Assembly (NCBI GenBank): GCA_039545335.1
Contig: BCIN01000006.1
Span: 1,306,958-1,370,957 of the forward strand
Source of the DNA: Kondoa subrosea
Taxonomy: Eukaryota
DNA length: 64,000 nucleotides
Direction: 5' to 3'
Positions 12,404 to 24,063 of this stretch are shown piece after piece. Made by a program: the position numbers and the translations under genes. Position 1 is the stretch's first letter; each line of letters opens with the position of its first letter. Below the pieces are notes generated by a model. The model did no database searches. It was not told where the DNA came from and saw nothing but the letters and a program-made list of their open reading frames with translations.

Positions 12404-13270
12404 TTATATTAGGCCTGCAGTCTGTAAATATTGAACAAGTCTTTTGACGGACTCCTCCACCGAGCTTTCAGTCGTATCAAGATAAACTTCCGGGGATGTA
12501 GGAGATTCATATGGAGCCGAAATGCCTGTGAAATCTAGGGTAGGCGACCATAAGCCCATAAAGCAAGGAAAGGACATCAAAGTGACCTTGAATTTCGCCA
12601 GCCCGAGCTTTTTTATACAACCCTTTCGGATCGCGTTTCTCGGCCTCCTCCAAAGAAGCATGGACAAATACCTAAACCAATCATAAGGCATGAATGACTA
12701 TGAATTGATTCAAGTTACTTCGATGAACGCCAGACCAGCACGTTCATGCATATCACGAGCACTTTGTCTATCTGCAGTGTAGGGCGATATGAATGCCGTT
12801 ATGGCAATCGTACAGCTTGACGCAAATAATTTGGCTACCTGTTGAACTTTTGAGCCCTGAAGCCTTCGAGGAACCACATTTAGCTCACCTCACCAATTCG
12901 GCGGATATTCTCAGTGCGATCTTTTTCGCTGAATTTGAGGTCTCTGTTCAGGCCAAGCCGTACATTATCGCCATCCAGTCTAAAGGCCCGTTTGCCCATT
13001 TGCAATAATGCTGCTTCCAACGCGACGCCTATAGTAGATTTTCCAGAAGCTATAATAGCCAAATCAGTAGTGTAGGGTCCGAAAAAGTCATGCAAGTGAC
13101 CCGAAAGACCAGTTAGCCATACGGTTGCACCCTTTTGACCTGTCAACCGAATGCGATCGGAATCGGAGACCGTAGAAGCGCTACAGCAGATGCTTTACTG
13201 GTGCGAATACATGGGTGGCTTAAGCTTACTGCCACGTCAGGTTGTTGATGTCGGAAAGATGCGAAGCCAT
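12404..13270 (-). CDS. MET14: Adenylyl-sulfate (APS) kinase
   Basis: [22 protein letters not shown]-loop; [43 protein letters not shown]. Confidence 0.95.
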
Positions 13271-13426
13271 TGTCGGTTGTCACGGATAGATCAGCGTCGA
13301 AGCAAAATTTGTGAGACTTTGCGTTCATGAATGATAGATCTGCTAGTCTTACTATCACAAAGAACTGTCGAAAGTTTCTGTCGAAAGTCTCTATTACTCT
13401 AATTTCTAAGTTGGCACCGCGCTAGA

Positions 13427-16135
13427 TCAATCCACATCCATGTTCAAAGCTTCCGGCTCCAGAGGGATATGAGGTTCAGCGGTATCCTCCGTTTGCTGTT
13501 GGTCAGGGGTAGCTGTTTTAGATTCGCTTGATGCCGAAGCTGTTGGCGTTGGCTCAGCCGATTTGGGCAGTTGCGGAGCTTTTTGGTTGAAGATGGGAGT
13601 GCAGAAGCTGAGTACCGCGCGCTAAGCACGAATTTCTCAGCATGATCCAACACTCACAATATAATTTCGTCGCGTCTTTTGAGGACTTCAGCACTGGTAA
13701 AGCTAGCTTTGGACGATTTCGCTCGTTCCGCCTGACGTGCACTTTCATCATCTAGCCATTTCTCCACCGTAGCGATTTTCTCGACGACAGATTGCTTATC
13801 CACCTGAGTATGTCTTGTGAGCTTCGAGAACATTTTAAGAGCAAGAACATACATCGGAAATGTGCGTGTACCTGGCCTCGTTGGCCGTGGCTTTGGAATA
13901 GTATTTAGACAGAGTTTCGCGAAGGCGCTTTGCTGCCGCTGGTCTGTCTTGATTTTCTTTGTAGCGGAATGCGGCGGGCCCTCCAACAACCTTAAGCTGA
14001 TCCAGCTTCTCCACATACGCTGATTTGGTGGCATCCTCGCCCTATGTACGGAGTCTTAGATACGGAGATGACCCAACAAAGAAAAACCGACTGACTGCCT
14101 CCGAGTATAACCAATCTTCGGCTTCACTCAACAAGCGCTTCAAAGTTTCCTTTTCGTCTGCTACCATGAACCCAGCATACGCGCCATCCACCTTGTCTCT
14201 TGCGTCGTAGATGTACTCCTCTAAGGCATTTTTCCTGTCCTGGAACATTCACGCCGTCAGAGCGCATTGGAGTCCCCTAAACGAAACAAACCTCAGTTTC
14301 GGCTACCAGTCGGTCGGTGGAGTGCATAGCTCCTTCTTGCTCTCTCAATTGCTCCACCTGCGATGCTTCCAGCGCAGCTTGCCCGGTAATGCACACAAGC
14401 TCTGTTCGCTTGACTGTTTTATTGGTGGTTGAATCGGATGCCTCAACATCCTCAGATGCTAATGTTTCCATCTCTTCGTATAAAGTAGCGCTATCAAAAG
14501 CGAATACACCACTGGGGTTTAGACGTGTCTTGATTTTCACTGTAGCAGGCTGTCCTGCATTCGAAGACTTGACCCCTTTGACAGTGATACTGCCTATCCA
14601 GGAGTCAACATTTCCAGGCAATGAAGCATCACTTGAATAACGGGCTTCCAACTTAAAGACATCATGGCGCTGGAGAGTCAACATCTTTGTTGAGGGTACG
14701 CTGTTGCCTTTTTGGAATAGTCGAAGCTCAGTGTCCGAATCTTCTGGGACTTTTTCCCACACAATGTCAATTGGGTAATGCTGGATGTCGGTAAAGGAAA
14801 ATTCCCTGACACGAAAGACGGGCGAGAGTGTTGCGCAAGCTAATGTAGCGCCTCTTGCAACGGCTTCATCTTGATTCGTAGTGACTGAAGTGGGTCGGCC
14901 AAAAAAGTCTTGAATACGAGTCTTCAGTGCCGGAACTCGAGTTGTACCGCCTATAAGTTCAATAGCGTCTATGTCCTCCTTGACTAAGCCAGACTCTTCG
15001 AGTGCTTGTTGCAAAGGCAGCGTAGTGCGCTCGAGAAAAGGTGCCACCAGCTCTTCCAGCTTTTCCCGAGTTAGAGACGAAGCAGCATCTATATCGTCCA
15101 TAATGCTTTCGACATTTAGAGGAGCAGAGATGTTGGCAGATAAGACTTTCTTCAACTTCTCGACCGCAGTATACAAGCGAAAGATTGCTTTCTTGTTTGA
15201 CATCACATCGATCTTGTATTTGGTCCGGAACTCTTGGGCAAAGTATTCGACCAAGGCGAAATCTAAATCACGGCCGCCAAAGTGTCGATCATATGCCGCA
15301 GCTTTGATAACGACTTGAGCTTTGGAATAAGCGGCTATGGTGACGGAATAATCGGAATGCCCAATGTCCACAAAAGCGACATAACGTGGCCTTTCTGTAC
15401 TTTCCGGAAGATCCGTTTTGGTGATGCCGTATCCAAGTGCAGTTGCGGTTCCGTCATTGATGAGGCGCAGAGCGTTCAGACCAGCAATATCGGCCGCATT
15501 CAGTACAGCTTGACGCTGGATATTGGTATACCAGCCAGGAACGGCGATGACCACATCATTGACGGCTGCTTTGGATTCCGTCTGGGCAATATCGCGTAGC
15601 TTACCCAGATACATAGCATACAGTTGGGTAGCAGTGAATGTATGTTGTTCGCCTAGATAATTTACCTGCGGCAGGACAGCGTCAGTACCTAAATGAAAGC
15701 TCCATTATGTCAAGTACCTCGACACCGACGGTGCCAGCTATATCAACCAGTTGCGCATTGATGAATTTTTGCTCGTAGGTTTGCAGATCCGAATCTTGGA
15801 AGGTGCGACCTATGAGACGCTTGAGAGAACCAATGGTATTCCGATAATTCGAGGTTTCTTGTGTTTTGGCGGATTCACCCATCGTCCGATTACGGGAGCC
15901 AAAAGACACCAAGGATCTGTACTGAATGTTCAACAAAACACTACCGAAGAGGAATAAGACTGACGGTGTTGCTCTGTTCGATGTTTCATTCACGATGATA
16001 TCAATGCCTCTGTTACGTGCCAGGCCAATTTTTGATTGTAGATTACCAATGTCGAGACCAATTACTGATGCTATATACGAGGGCGGCCTAAGCAGAGTGT
16101 ACATTTTGGTAAGGCGAATCTTATTGCTTACTCAT
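13427..16135 (-). CDS. SSE1: Hsp110/Sse1 (Hsp88) family chaperone
   Basis: SVIGLDIGN, RGIDIIVNETSNRATPS, IELIGGTTRVP, DRKNALEEYIYDARDK; ends MDVD*. Confidence 0.95.
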
Positions 16136-18279
16136 GTTTAGCTAGCGAGGCTGTCCGTTTCAAAAAAAGCTGTTGGCAGCAGTGGCACAACGAACGAACC
16201 TTGTTGCGCGGGTTGCGGGTCAAAAGCAAGAAAGGTGATGCAAAAAATTTGCCCCATCATAGCAAAGTAGTACCCATGCAGCCACACCTTTCTTCGTGGC
16301 TCATACTGTTCGTACAGCATGGGTGACTTCCAGATTCCTAGTGAATGCCACTTCCAGCCCGAAAGCATACATATAACAAGTTGCAGTGGCAGATATAGGT
16401 GCCTGCGCAGGTGTGCACGAGCAATCCAAAAGGGCTTTCGCGAACGCGTCTTGGTCAGTCTGGCTCAGTACGGACGCGCCCAGATGCAACAACTCGATCA
16501 GGGTTCGTGCAAGACTCCTGGTCCTCCCCGTCATGATCAATGTCAGGCGTTCCATTTGGCTGCCTCAATGCCTCAACAGGTTATGTCCAAGCTCTGCGAC
16601 TCTAGATATCTTATGCGGAACGATGAAATTCTCAAGTGATCCGAATTTGAAATCGCTGCTGAAATCAATTTTTCGGCAGCTGGGGACGTAGGCGATGCAA
16701 GTTGCAACGTGAGCTTGCTACTTTTTGTTGCTGCGTCCTTTCATAAGTACTAGCACTCTATCTGACTATTTGAGCACTACTGTAGCTCTTGTGGCTGTCT
16801 GCCGTAATCTGCGTAGCGTTGGCCCCCTTATGTAAGCCTTTTCTTTCCAGACGCAACTTGGCGGGGCAGGCTAATATGTCCATAGTCGATCGCAACTAAT
16901 ATTGCTCGAAATCCCGTCTGGGTCCGCCGAAGAGCGAACGACCCGGAGAGTAGTGATGGTACGCGCTGCTGACCATTTCATTGTCAATCGGTCATGTACA
17001 TAAGCAAGTGTGTAGTTCATAATTCTCAGCCCCGTTTATTGAGCCATGCGCAGCGTTGACAGGTCTATCGCAATGTCTATCTGTTTCTCTCAGATAATCC
17101 GGTACATCACCATCCGGCTGTTACTATCGACGCATCACTTCCAAAAGCTCCAGCTCAGAGGAGCTAGCTGTTGCCCAAAGCGCAACCTGGTCATGTCACG
17201 TACTATAATCTTGAAAGGTCTTACAAAAAATGTCATTTAACCTGAACGATCCTGACCCGTGCCTGACAGCCGATTGGATTTTCCATCATCTGCACCCTCA
17301 ACCAGCAGTATTAATACTACTTCGATCGAAGGAAATATGCAGCATCTGGCTTAGATGGATATTTTTGGCGTCGAAAGAGTACGGCAGTAACGAAACTTCA
17401 CAATTGACTAGAGCGACTTTTCAGGGCTCGTTTCGGTACCACCAAGGTGAGTGACCGCGCGGCTTGAGATTGGCGGGCTGTGTACGGAATAACACCCCAT
17501 GCAAGCAGCCGGATCACGCTTTAAGCAAAGTATTCACCATGGAAGCCGATCAACTTGCTATAAGTGGACGGAATCATTGCTCAAAACGGGGATAGCCACG
17601 TTTACGCCGAGAAATCTACTCGAGGAACAGGCAGTTTCGGCAAGCTGTTTGCAGGTAGTACATCAGATAGACCAACTGTAAGATAGACCGACTGTATGCT
17701 TCAGCTAGGAGTGCAAAAGTGCAGCTTTGACTGAGTGGCTTCCTTATGTTGGCCAATTGCTACATTCAAGCTTCCTGATGGTGAGCCGGAACACTTAGGT
17801 AGAGCAGTCAGTGCCATGCTACAAGATCCGCACAAAGGGCTGACCCAGGGGAACATAGTGATCAGGCAAGACGACGGATCGAAAGACTGAGCTGTACAGT
17901 TGGATGCATAGTGCCAACGCGCAACAAGAGAGTGCATGTGTTTCAGCGGTAACACATCGTGAAATTGAATTGCACTGTGAAAGGATTGCACTGTGTTTGG
18001 GTCGACGAACGACAGTGTCGAAGCGCTTGTGCAGACGATATTTGCTATATGAATCAGAACGCTCGACCACTTCGCAATTCTCATTATTGCGGAGGTTTCC
18101 AAACAAACCTGGAAAATATCATAAAGAACCCGGAATTCAGGAGGTCGCGCAGTGTACGTGAGAGTCAAGACTAGTTGATTCCATGATCCCAATTGCTACA
18201 CCGCGGGGACGAATATGTAACGGGGTTCTCTGTATCCGTGCAAGTCAACAGTTGATGAGACAGGCATCGCTCATACACC

Positions 18280-21214
18280 CTATGCTTGTGTCCCTGTCGC
18301 AGGACTCGATATAGCGAGCCTTGGGTTCTCGCAACGGATCCCCATTGCAGTAGAAGCTTTCCTTTGACCGGAGCTCAGTTGTGGCTCGCACTCTGCCGAA
18401 GGTCGCAGCAACTTACAAGCCTTGTCCTTGAACACTCCTGTTGAGTCTTTTGAGTCTTTGGCCGCCTTGCGAGCAAGCAGTTTTCCGATCCATTCTTTGG
18501 CGAAATGTCGAATCTTTCTCTCTTTTTCCATAGATAGGCTGTCGTATTCTGCATCCGCAAACGCAACAGACTTAGTCTCCTTGTCGACTAGCAACATGGT
18601 AAGCTAAAGCAAAACATCAGACCACTGCAGCTTCGTGTGAATGGCCGTACTTCTTGTGCCCGCCGCTTAAACTCGTCTTTGTTCAACTGATCTCTGGCAT
18701 ACTTTGTCATTGCCTTCACGACAAGAGGTGAGAATAACCTCATAGCCTTCTTCTCTTTGGACATGGGCAACTTCTCTTTCTTCGTTCGATTCACGACCTC
18801 ACTCTGTGGTTTTGATCTCTCATGCTCTAAAATTGAATTGGCTGCATTTGTTTTCGAAAGACCTAGCGCCTCTGCTTCGGCTGAGGCCCTGGCGATTATG
18901 TCTTCGAGATCTAATCCTGGTTTGCGGAGCTTTGCAAGATAAGCTTGATGAATTGCTTCAGCTTCCTTCTGGGATGGCGGCGTCCAGGTCGTGGTCCCGG
19001 TACCAATATGATAGTAGTAACGAGCGCCGTGTGCCGTTTCCGCAGATTGCCATCCCTCGTAGATCGAGATTTCGCTCGCAGCTGCAGATCTAGTTGGAGC
19101 CGCAGCAGCATAATTCGCATTCGGAGATGTGTGATAGTCATCCAGCTTTGCCCTTTTGATCGAAAAGACAGGCGACGCTAAAGCATCGGGTCCATGTTTG
19201 CGTCCGTCGCTACCGAGTAAATTCTGTCGAAAGACATTTGAGCACACGAGTAGCACATTACAGAATACATGAGAACCGACCTGCACGTCGCGCGGAATCC
19301 GGTAAGCCAGTCGGAGCTCGCTCCAATCTGCAATAAGTGCTCTAGCTAAGTCCTTCGTTTCGGTCTCGAATGTGCCCTGGATAATGCGCGCAACGATCGA
19401 CTCTACAGATGTGCTTGATATCTTATTACGACTGATCAGCGGCCATTTTTGCATAATTTGAAGCACGGAAGCAACGACTTCGCTTTGATCGTCCATGTAT
19501 TCTTCCAATAACATACCCATCAGACTGAAACCACGCAAACGCATAAGTTGACTATGCACTGTTGTGTCGGTCGTAATGAGCAGCCGTGTAAGTAGCTTGA
19601 GAAGGATGCGCTTTGTTGATGCCGCCTGACGCACGGCTGCAATGACTTTTGGTACTTCTTCCAATTGAATTGGTCGCATAACAGGCTAAAAGATTTGAGA
19701 CACATGCATGCAGATCAGCCAATCTATGACTCACATTGAAGTCATTATCATCAAGGCTCCTGCTTTTCTTGCGCTTATTGCCTCGGAGCTCTAGCAATTC
19801 CACCTCGTCCGTAATTCCCAATGCTATTCAACTCCTTAGCAGAGTGAGCTGTCACTTAATGAGCACTGACCGTCAAGGTACAAATCATCGAGAAAACCAA
19901 TATCGGTCTGAGTTTTGCCACCAATGAAGCCGACACAGTTTGACTCCCCACAAAAGCATTCTTGTGCATCGTGACTTTGTTTGACAGTATGTTAGAGGGA
20001 GCGCGATTTCGGCAATACAATTCGTAGACATACCCATAGCGGTCGACGTTATAGTTGAAGGTCAGTTCTTCACCACGTTGGATCTTCCGCTTGGTGAAGA
20101 TGCCCATGCGAAGTCTTCTGCCCACCACCCATTTCGCAACATAACAATTAGGATTACAAGAATGATTGAGAAAGCGGCCTTTGCCGCCTCGTTTCGTTGC
20201 GTCAATGAACTGCCAGAGTTTTGCTTCAGCGCCATACGTCGCTTGGTAGATTACTCATACTTCATCCTTCTGCAAAGCCATAAAGTAGAAGTGGCGGATG
20301 CCCTCCTCGTAGTACTCAGTCATGCGTTTGACAAAGTTTTTGTGCCCAATGACTTCGCCAATGTACTCGTACACCAAAGTATCGCTGTAATATATTCAAT
20401 GAGTGAATATTTGATGGAAACGACTGATTGTGACCTACGCGGGTAAAGTCATTTCAGACATAATGCCGTAGCCTTTGCGAGGTGTTTGAACAATTCTTAT
20501 GGGTGCGTATTGTTGCTGCTGGAGCCTTACAACAGCGCCATCTCAAGTTCCGCACGCTTGGGAAGAAAGCTGGTACACTTACCGTTGATTCTGACAATGT
20601 GTCTGACAGTTACATTCGTTCTGAGGGCATTCCACTTGAGTCAGCCGATTTATACAGCCGCTGCTGTCGCCGCAAGCAACATTTGGACCATCCATTTCTG
20701 TGATAACTTAAGCCAATCACCAGGAATACCGGAGTCGCAAGCACCACACCTGGCTCATAGATGCAGTCGCATTGGAAGGAATCGTCTTGTTGCTTAGCTA
20801 GGCCAAGAGACTTGTTCTGGTAGGTGTTGAACTGTATTTCAATAAACTCGCTCATTGCCTGAGCAGATCTCTTAGTCATAACTCTGATCTGGGAAGTATA
20901 TAGCACACTTCTGTTCCCGCATCGGGAAGCTCCAGTATTGTTCGAACACCGGCCCACGACTTCATGTCATCTTCGGACGATTGCACTTCCTTTTGCACTT
21001 GATCTATTTTGTTTTGGGCGGTCTTTTGCTCTCTAGCACTATGGTCCTGACTTGTTCGTGGGCGAGTCAGAATGGCACGTTGGGATCTTCTAGGTGCAGG
21101 TGTATTCGCTACTGCCTCATTAGTCTCTAAAACACCAGAAAAGGCATCTTCGGCAGCAGGCGTGCAGACCGGCAAGAGGGTAACACTTTGTGGTACATTA
21201 TAAGCCGCAGACAT
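18280..21214 (-). CDS. SET2: Histone H3K36 methyltransferase (AWS-SET-postSET, WW, SRI), multi-exon
   Basis: [40 protein letters not shown] domain [30 protein letters not shown]-like [14 protein letters not shown]. Confidence 0.93.
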
Positions 21215-21974
21215 GGTCGTTGGTTGACCCTAAATAACAAATATCGTCAATACTCGATGGTTTAGAATGGCGATACGAATCGAACGAACGGACATTCAAA
21301 TAATGATTCGCCCGTACTGTATCTCAGGCCGGCACAGATGTGTAATATCGGATCCAGTTGAAGTTTGGGATCAAATTCCAGATTGGCGCTAAGAGTTGTA
21401 GGGAGGCAGAGTGCAGACGCCTGAATGTTGCGCTGATAGTATCGCACAAGGTGGATCGCTACAGCAGATATTTATTGTTGTTGTTGTCCTGTTCTCAGGC
21501 TGTAAAGCTCGTGATTTGGTCAGGTTCCAGTGGTGGTGGTCAAATGCATCGAAGCGATGTTTATGGATTCGCGAGTTTTCGTAACTCATGAGTACATAAG
21601 GCTGCATAAGGCTCTGGGCCAGAGGGAAAGAATCGTTTCTGATTACCACAGCCTGAGCACTCTAGTAGCGATCAGACAAATGCCACCTACAGCCTGAGCT
21701 ATGTGGTTCTATTATCTGTCTTTTAGAATCATTCTTGTGTCAAGCTCGGATCTAGCCTCTGATAGAGTACGTGGCTGACTTCCGTGACATAGTCCTGCAT
21801 TACACCGCATGCCATTCCCGTCCCATCATTCCGGGCAGGGATGTAATATTACAGATGAACTTGTTCCACCCCAACTATCAATAGTAGCACTCTCAATAAC
21901 GCCAACCTGACCTCTTGAGCCTCCGTTATATGTAGTTATATGTGCCTGTAGCGGGCTTGAGCTGACGAAAGCCC

Positions 21975-22060
21975 TCTATGTTCCTTTGTCAAAGTCTGTC
22001 ACGGTTTTGCCTTTTGATTTGTGCAACAAAAGGCCTATTGTCCGAAAATGTATAAGGCTT
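21975..22060 (+). promoter_or_regulatory. Putative pheromone-gene promoter: HMG-box-like sites and a TATA box (mirrored at ~10732-10817)
   Basis: TTCCTTTGTC at 21981, AACAAAAGG at 22025, CTATTGTCC at 22035, and TATAAG at 22051, 100 bp upstream of the ATG at 22151. Confidence 0.45.
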
Positions 22061-22150
22061 GGGAATTCCTACCTTCTTGCTTGCTTTCATCCACATATTC
22101 TCACGCTTCACCTAACCGCCCCTTCACATTCCTTTTGAATTCGGCTGAAC

Positions 22151-22288
22151 ATGCCTTCCGCTATTACTTGCACCGTCGACCCTAGAAATACTCCAGGTCC
22201 ACCAGGCGGTATTGGTACAGTCTGTGTCGTCTCTCGTAACACTCCAGGACCTCCGGGTGGCATTGGCACAGTCTGTGTGATTGCTTGA
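22151..22288 (+). CDS. Lipopeptide mating pheromone precursor with 2 tandem cores (MPSAITCTVDPRNTPGPPGGIGTVCVVSRNTPGPPGGIGTVCVIA*)
   Basis: 45-aa ORF read directly (below the ORF-track cut-off); terminal CAAX CVIA; paralog of 10453-10641. Confidence 0.88.
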   Translation: MPSAITCTVDPRNTPGPPGGIGTVCVVSRNTPGPPGGIGTVCVIA

Positions 22289-22571
22289 TTCGGCAAAACC
22301 ATGGTCAGCTCATCTGCAGTTGCAAATATTTCGAAAGCTCACGCATGTCTGCTGCCGCAGCCAGTACAATAGGGTGATGGCGAACTACGGTGTTTCCGGT
22401 TTCGCACGGTCGTAATCGAGAATTTGTAGTAGTGCAATGTGTGAATGTCAATACTGATCTCGCGTGATCAATGTTTCCGCATCGAAGTATCATCCTTTGA
22501 CCCCCAGTCTTCGAAAATATTTCCTTCCAAACTTCACCTTCCAAAGTTTACCCGATGCGCTCAGTCTATCC

Positions 22572-23934
22572 TCAAAACCACAGACTAACCGAAAAAGATG
22601 GGTCGAGGCTTTGCATACCATGCCACCATAAAGGTGGCATGAGCAGCAGGTCCCCAGGCTGCAAGACCGTCTCTTGAGCTCCAGCCTCGCGCATACCGTA
22701 AGCATCTACGCTCGTGTCGTCGGAGAAGACGTCTATGTTCGAAGTATTACCGAAGACACTGGCATTTGGTGCATTCAATAAATCTCCCGATTCATTGTTT
22801 GCAGCTTTGTTGCGCATGTCCACTTCCGGCGGGGCTAGCCAGACCCGTTTGCGGCCAACTACTTGTGCTATTCCTTCAAAATGAGATCTCTACTGCCGGA
22901 CAGCGCATATCGGGAGAAATACCGTAGGCATTATAGTACGGATCGGTATGCGCTGGACTAACGGTCCCTTGAGGCCCAAGCCATGCATTAACGGCAACAC
23001 CTGTATTGGTCGCGGGCGAAACATAGACGGCGCTTTGAGGTCGAATGGTGAAGACGCAGTCCGGAATCAGCATATCCTTCATCAGCTGCGGAAATTGCAG
23101 AAAAAGATCGTGCTGGGCTAGGTATAGTACTTCTTGCTTGCTAGATGCAGAAACATTGCAAAGAGAAGATAAGAATTCGGTGAAAGGCCTCATTTCTTGC
23201 GACCATCCGTCCTTTGTGTAATCGCGACCAATTTCGACCGGTACCATTCGACCTGGACCAGCTGCACGAGCGAGGTAGGAAAGATCCCTCCACCTTGCAA
23301 GCGCTGGCCAGTGCGCAACACCTCCCGGAATCAGCAATGGCCTTGAAAGATGTGTGAGTTGCTGTATAAGAGTAACCGAAGAGATAGGAACATCCGAAGA
23401 AGCTGGTAAGGGTGTCCTTGTACTCGGCGAAATGATATCCAGCACAGGCAACAACTTGATCTCTGTGGCCGGTATTAATGCTTGCAGACGACAGATCAGA
23501 CTGAAAATGCAAGTCTTGCGGTGGTCGCCCGGTGCTCCTGCAATGACCAATGCCGAGTCCAATTGACCAATGCCATAGAGAAAGTCGTCTTCGTCCCTTG
23601 CACCACTTTCACCATCGGCGAGAAGCTCAAATCCTAGTAAGATACTGGCATCCGTGTACAATTGACGCCAGCACAGTGGAAGCATTGTGTAATGTTGACC
23701 ATTAATTTTGTCGCTCGCTAGCGCAATCAGGCGTGCACATATGGCTTTGGTTTTGCGGCTTTGACGCAATGCTGCATACCACAGAGACAATACTGCGAGA
23801 CCACATTGAGAGAAGTCAGCCGCTGGTAGTAGACAGCATGAACTTATTGCGTATGCTAGCGATTGAGATGTAGTACTACCTGATTCCGCGGAGAGGAAAG
23901 CAGCCATCGTTGCTTTGTGTGATGACTCTTGCAT
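22572..23934 (-). CDS. JmjC-domain 2-oxoglutarate/Fe(II) oxygenase (JMJD5/KDM8-like, cupin-8); one intron at 22868-22922
   Basis: WPALARW, VPVEIGRDYT, YLAQHDLFLQFPQL, NAWLGPQGTVSPAHTDPYYN (HxD), QVVGRKRVWL, LQPGDLLLMPPLWWHGMQSL (distal His), FSVSLWF*. Confidence 0.9.
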
Positions 23935-24063
23935 TGTGGGGAATGCTCAACAAAACACCGGAGATTGACGGTTTGAGACGAGTCAGTGTCACGGCAGAAA
24001 TCATCCGTTGAACAACAACCGATAGATCAAGATTAGTCTATAGCGTCTGCAAGTAATTTCAAG

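Larger units (their letters stand above)
21783..23742. repeat. Right arm (1960 bp) of the long inverted repeat
   Basis: Reverse complement of 8999-11009, lacking one 51-bp pheromone unit. Confidence 0.97.

Noticed and set aside
8999..23742. Inverted repeat interpreted as the TIRs of a large transposon
   Set aside because: The arms consist of host genes, there is no transposase or target-site duplication, the interior genes are housekeeping, and homology fades beyond the outer edge.
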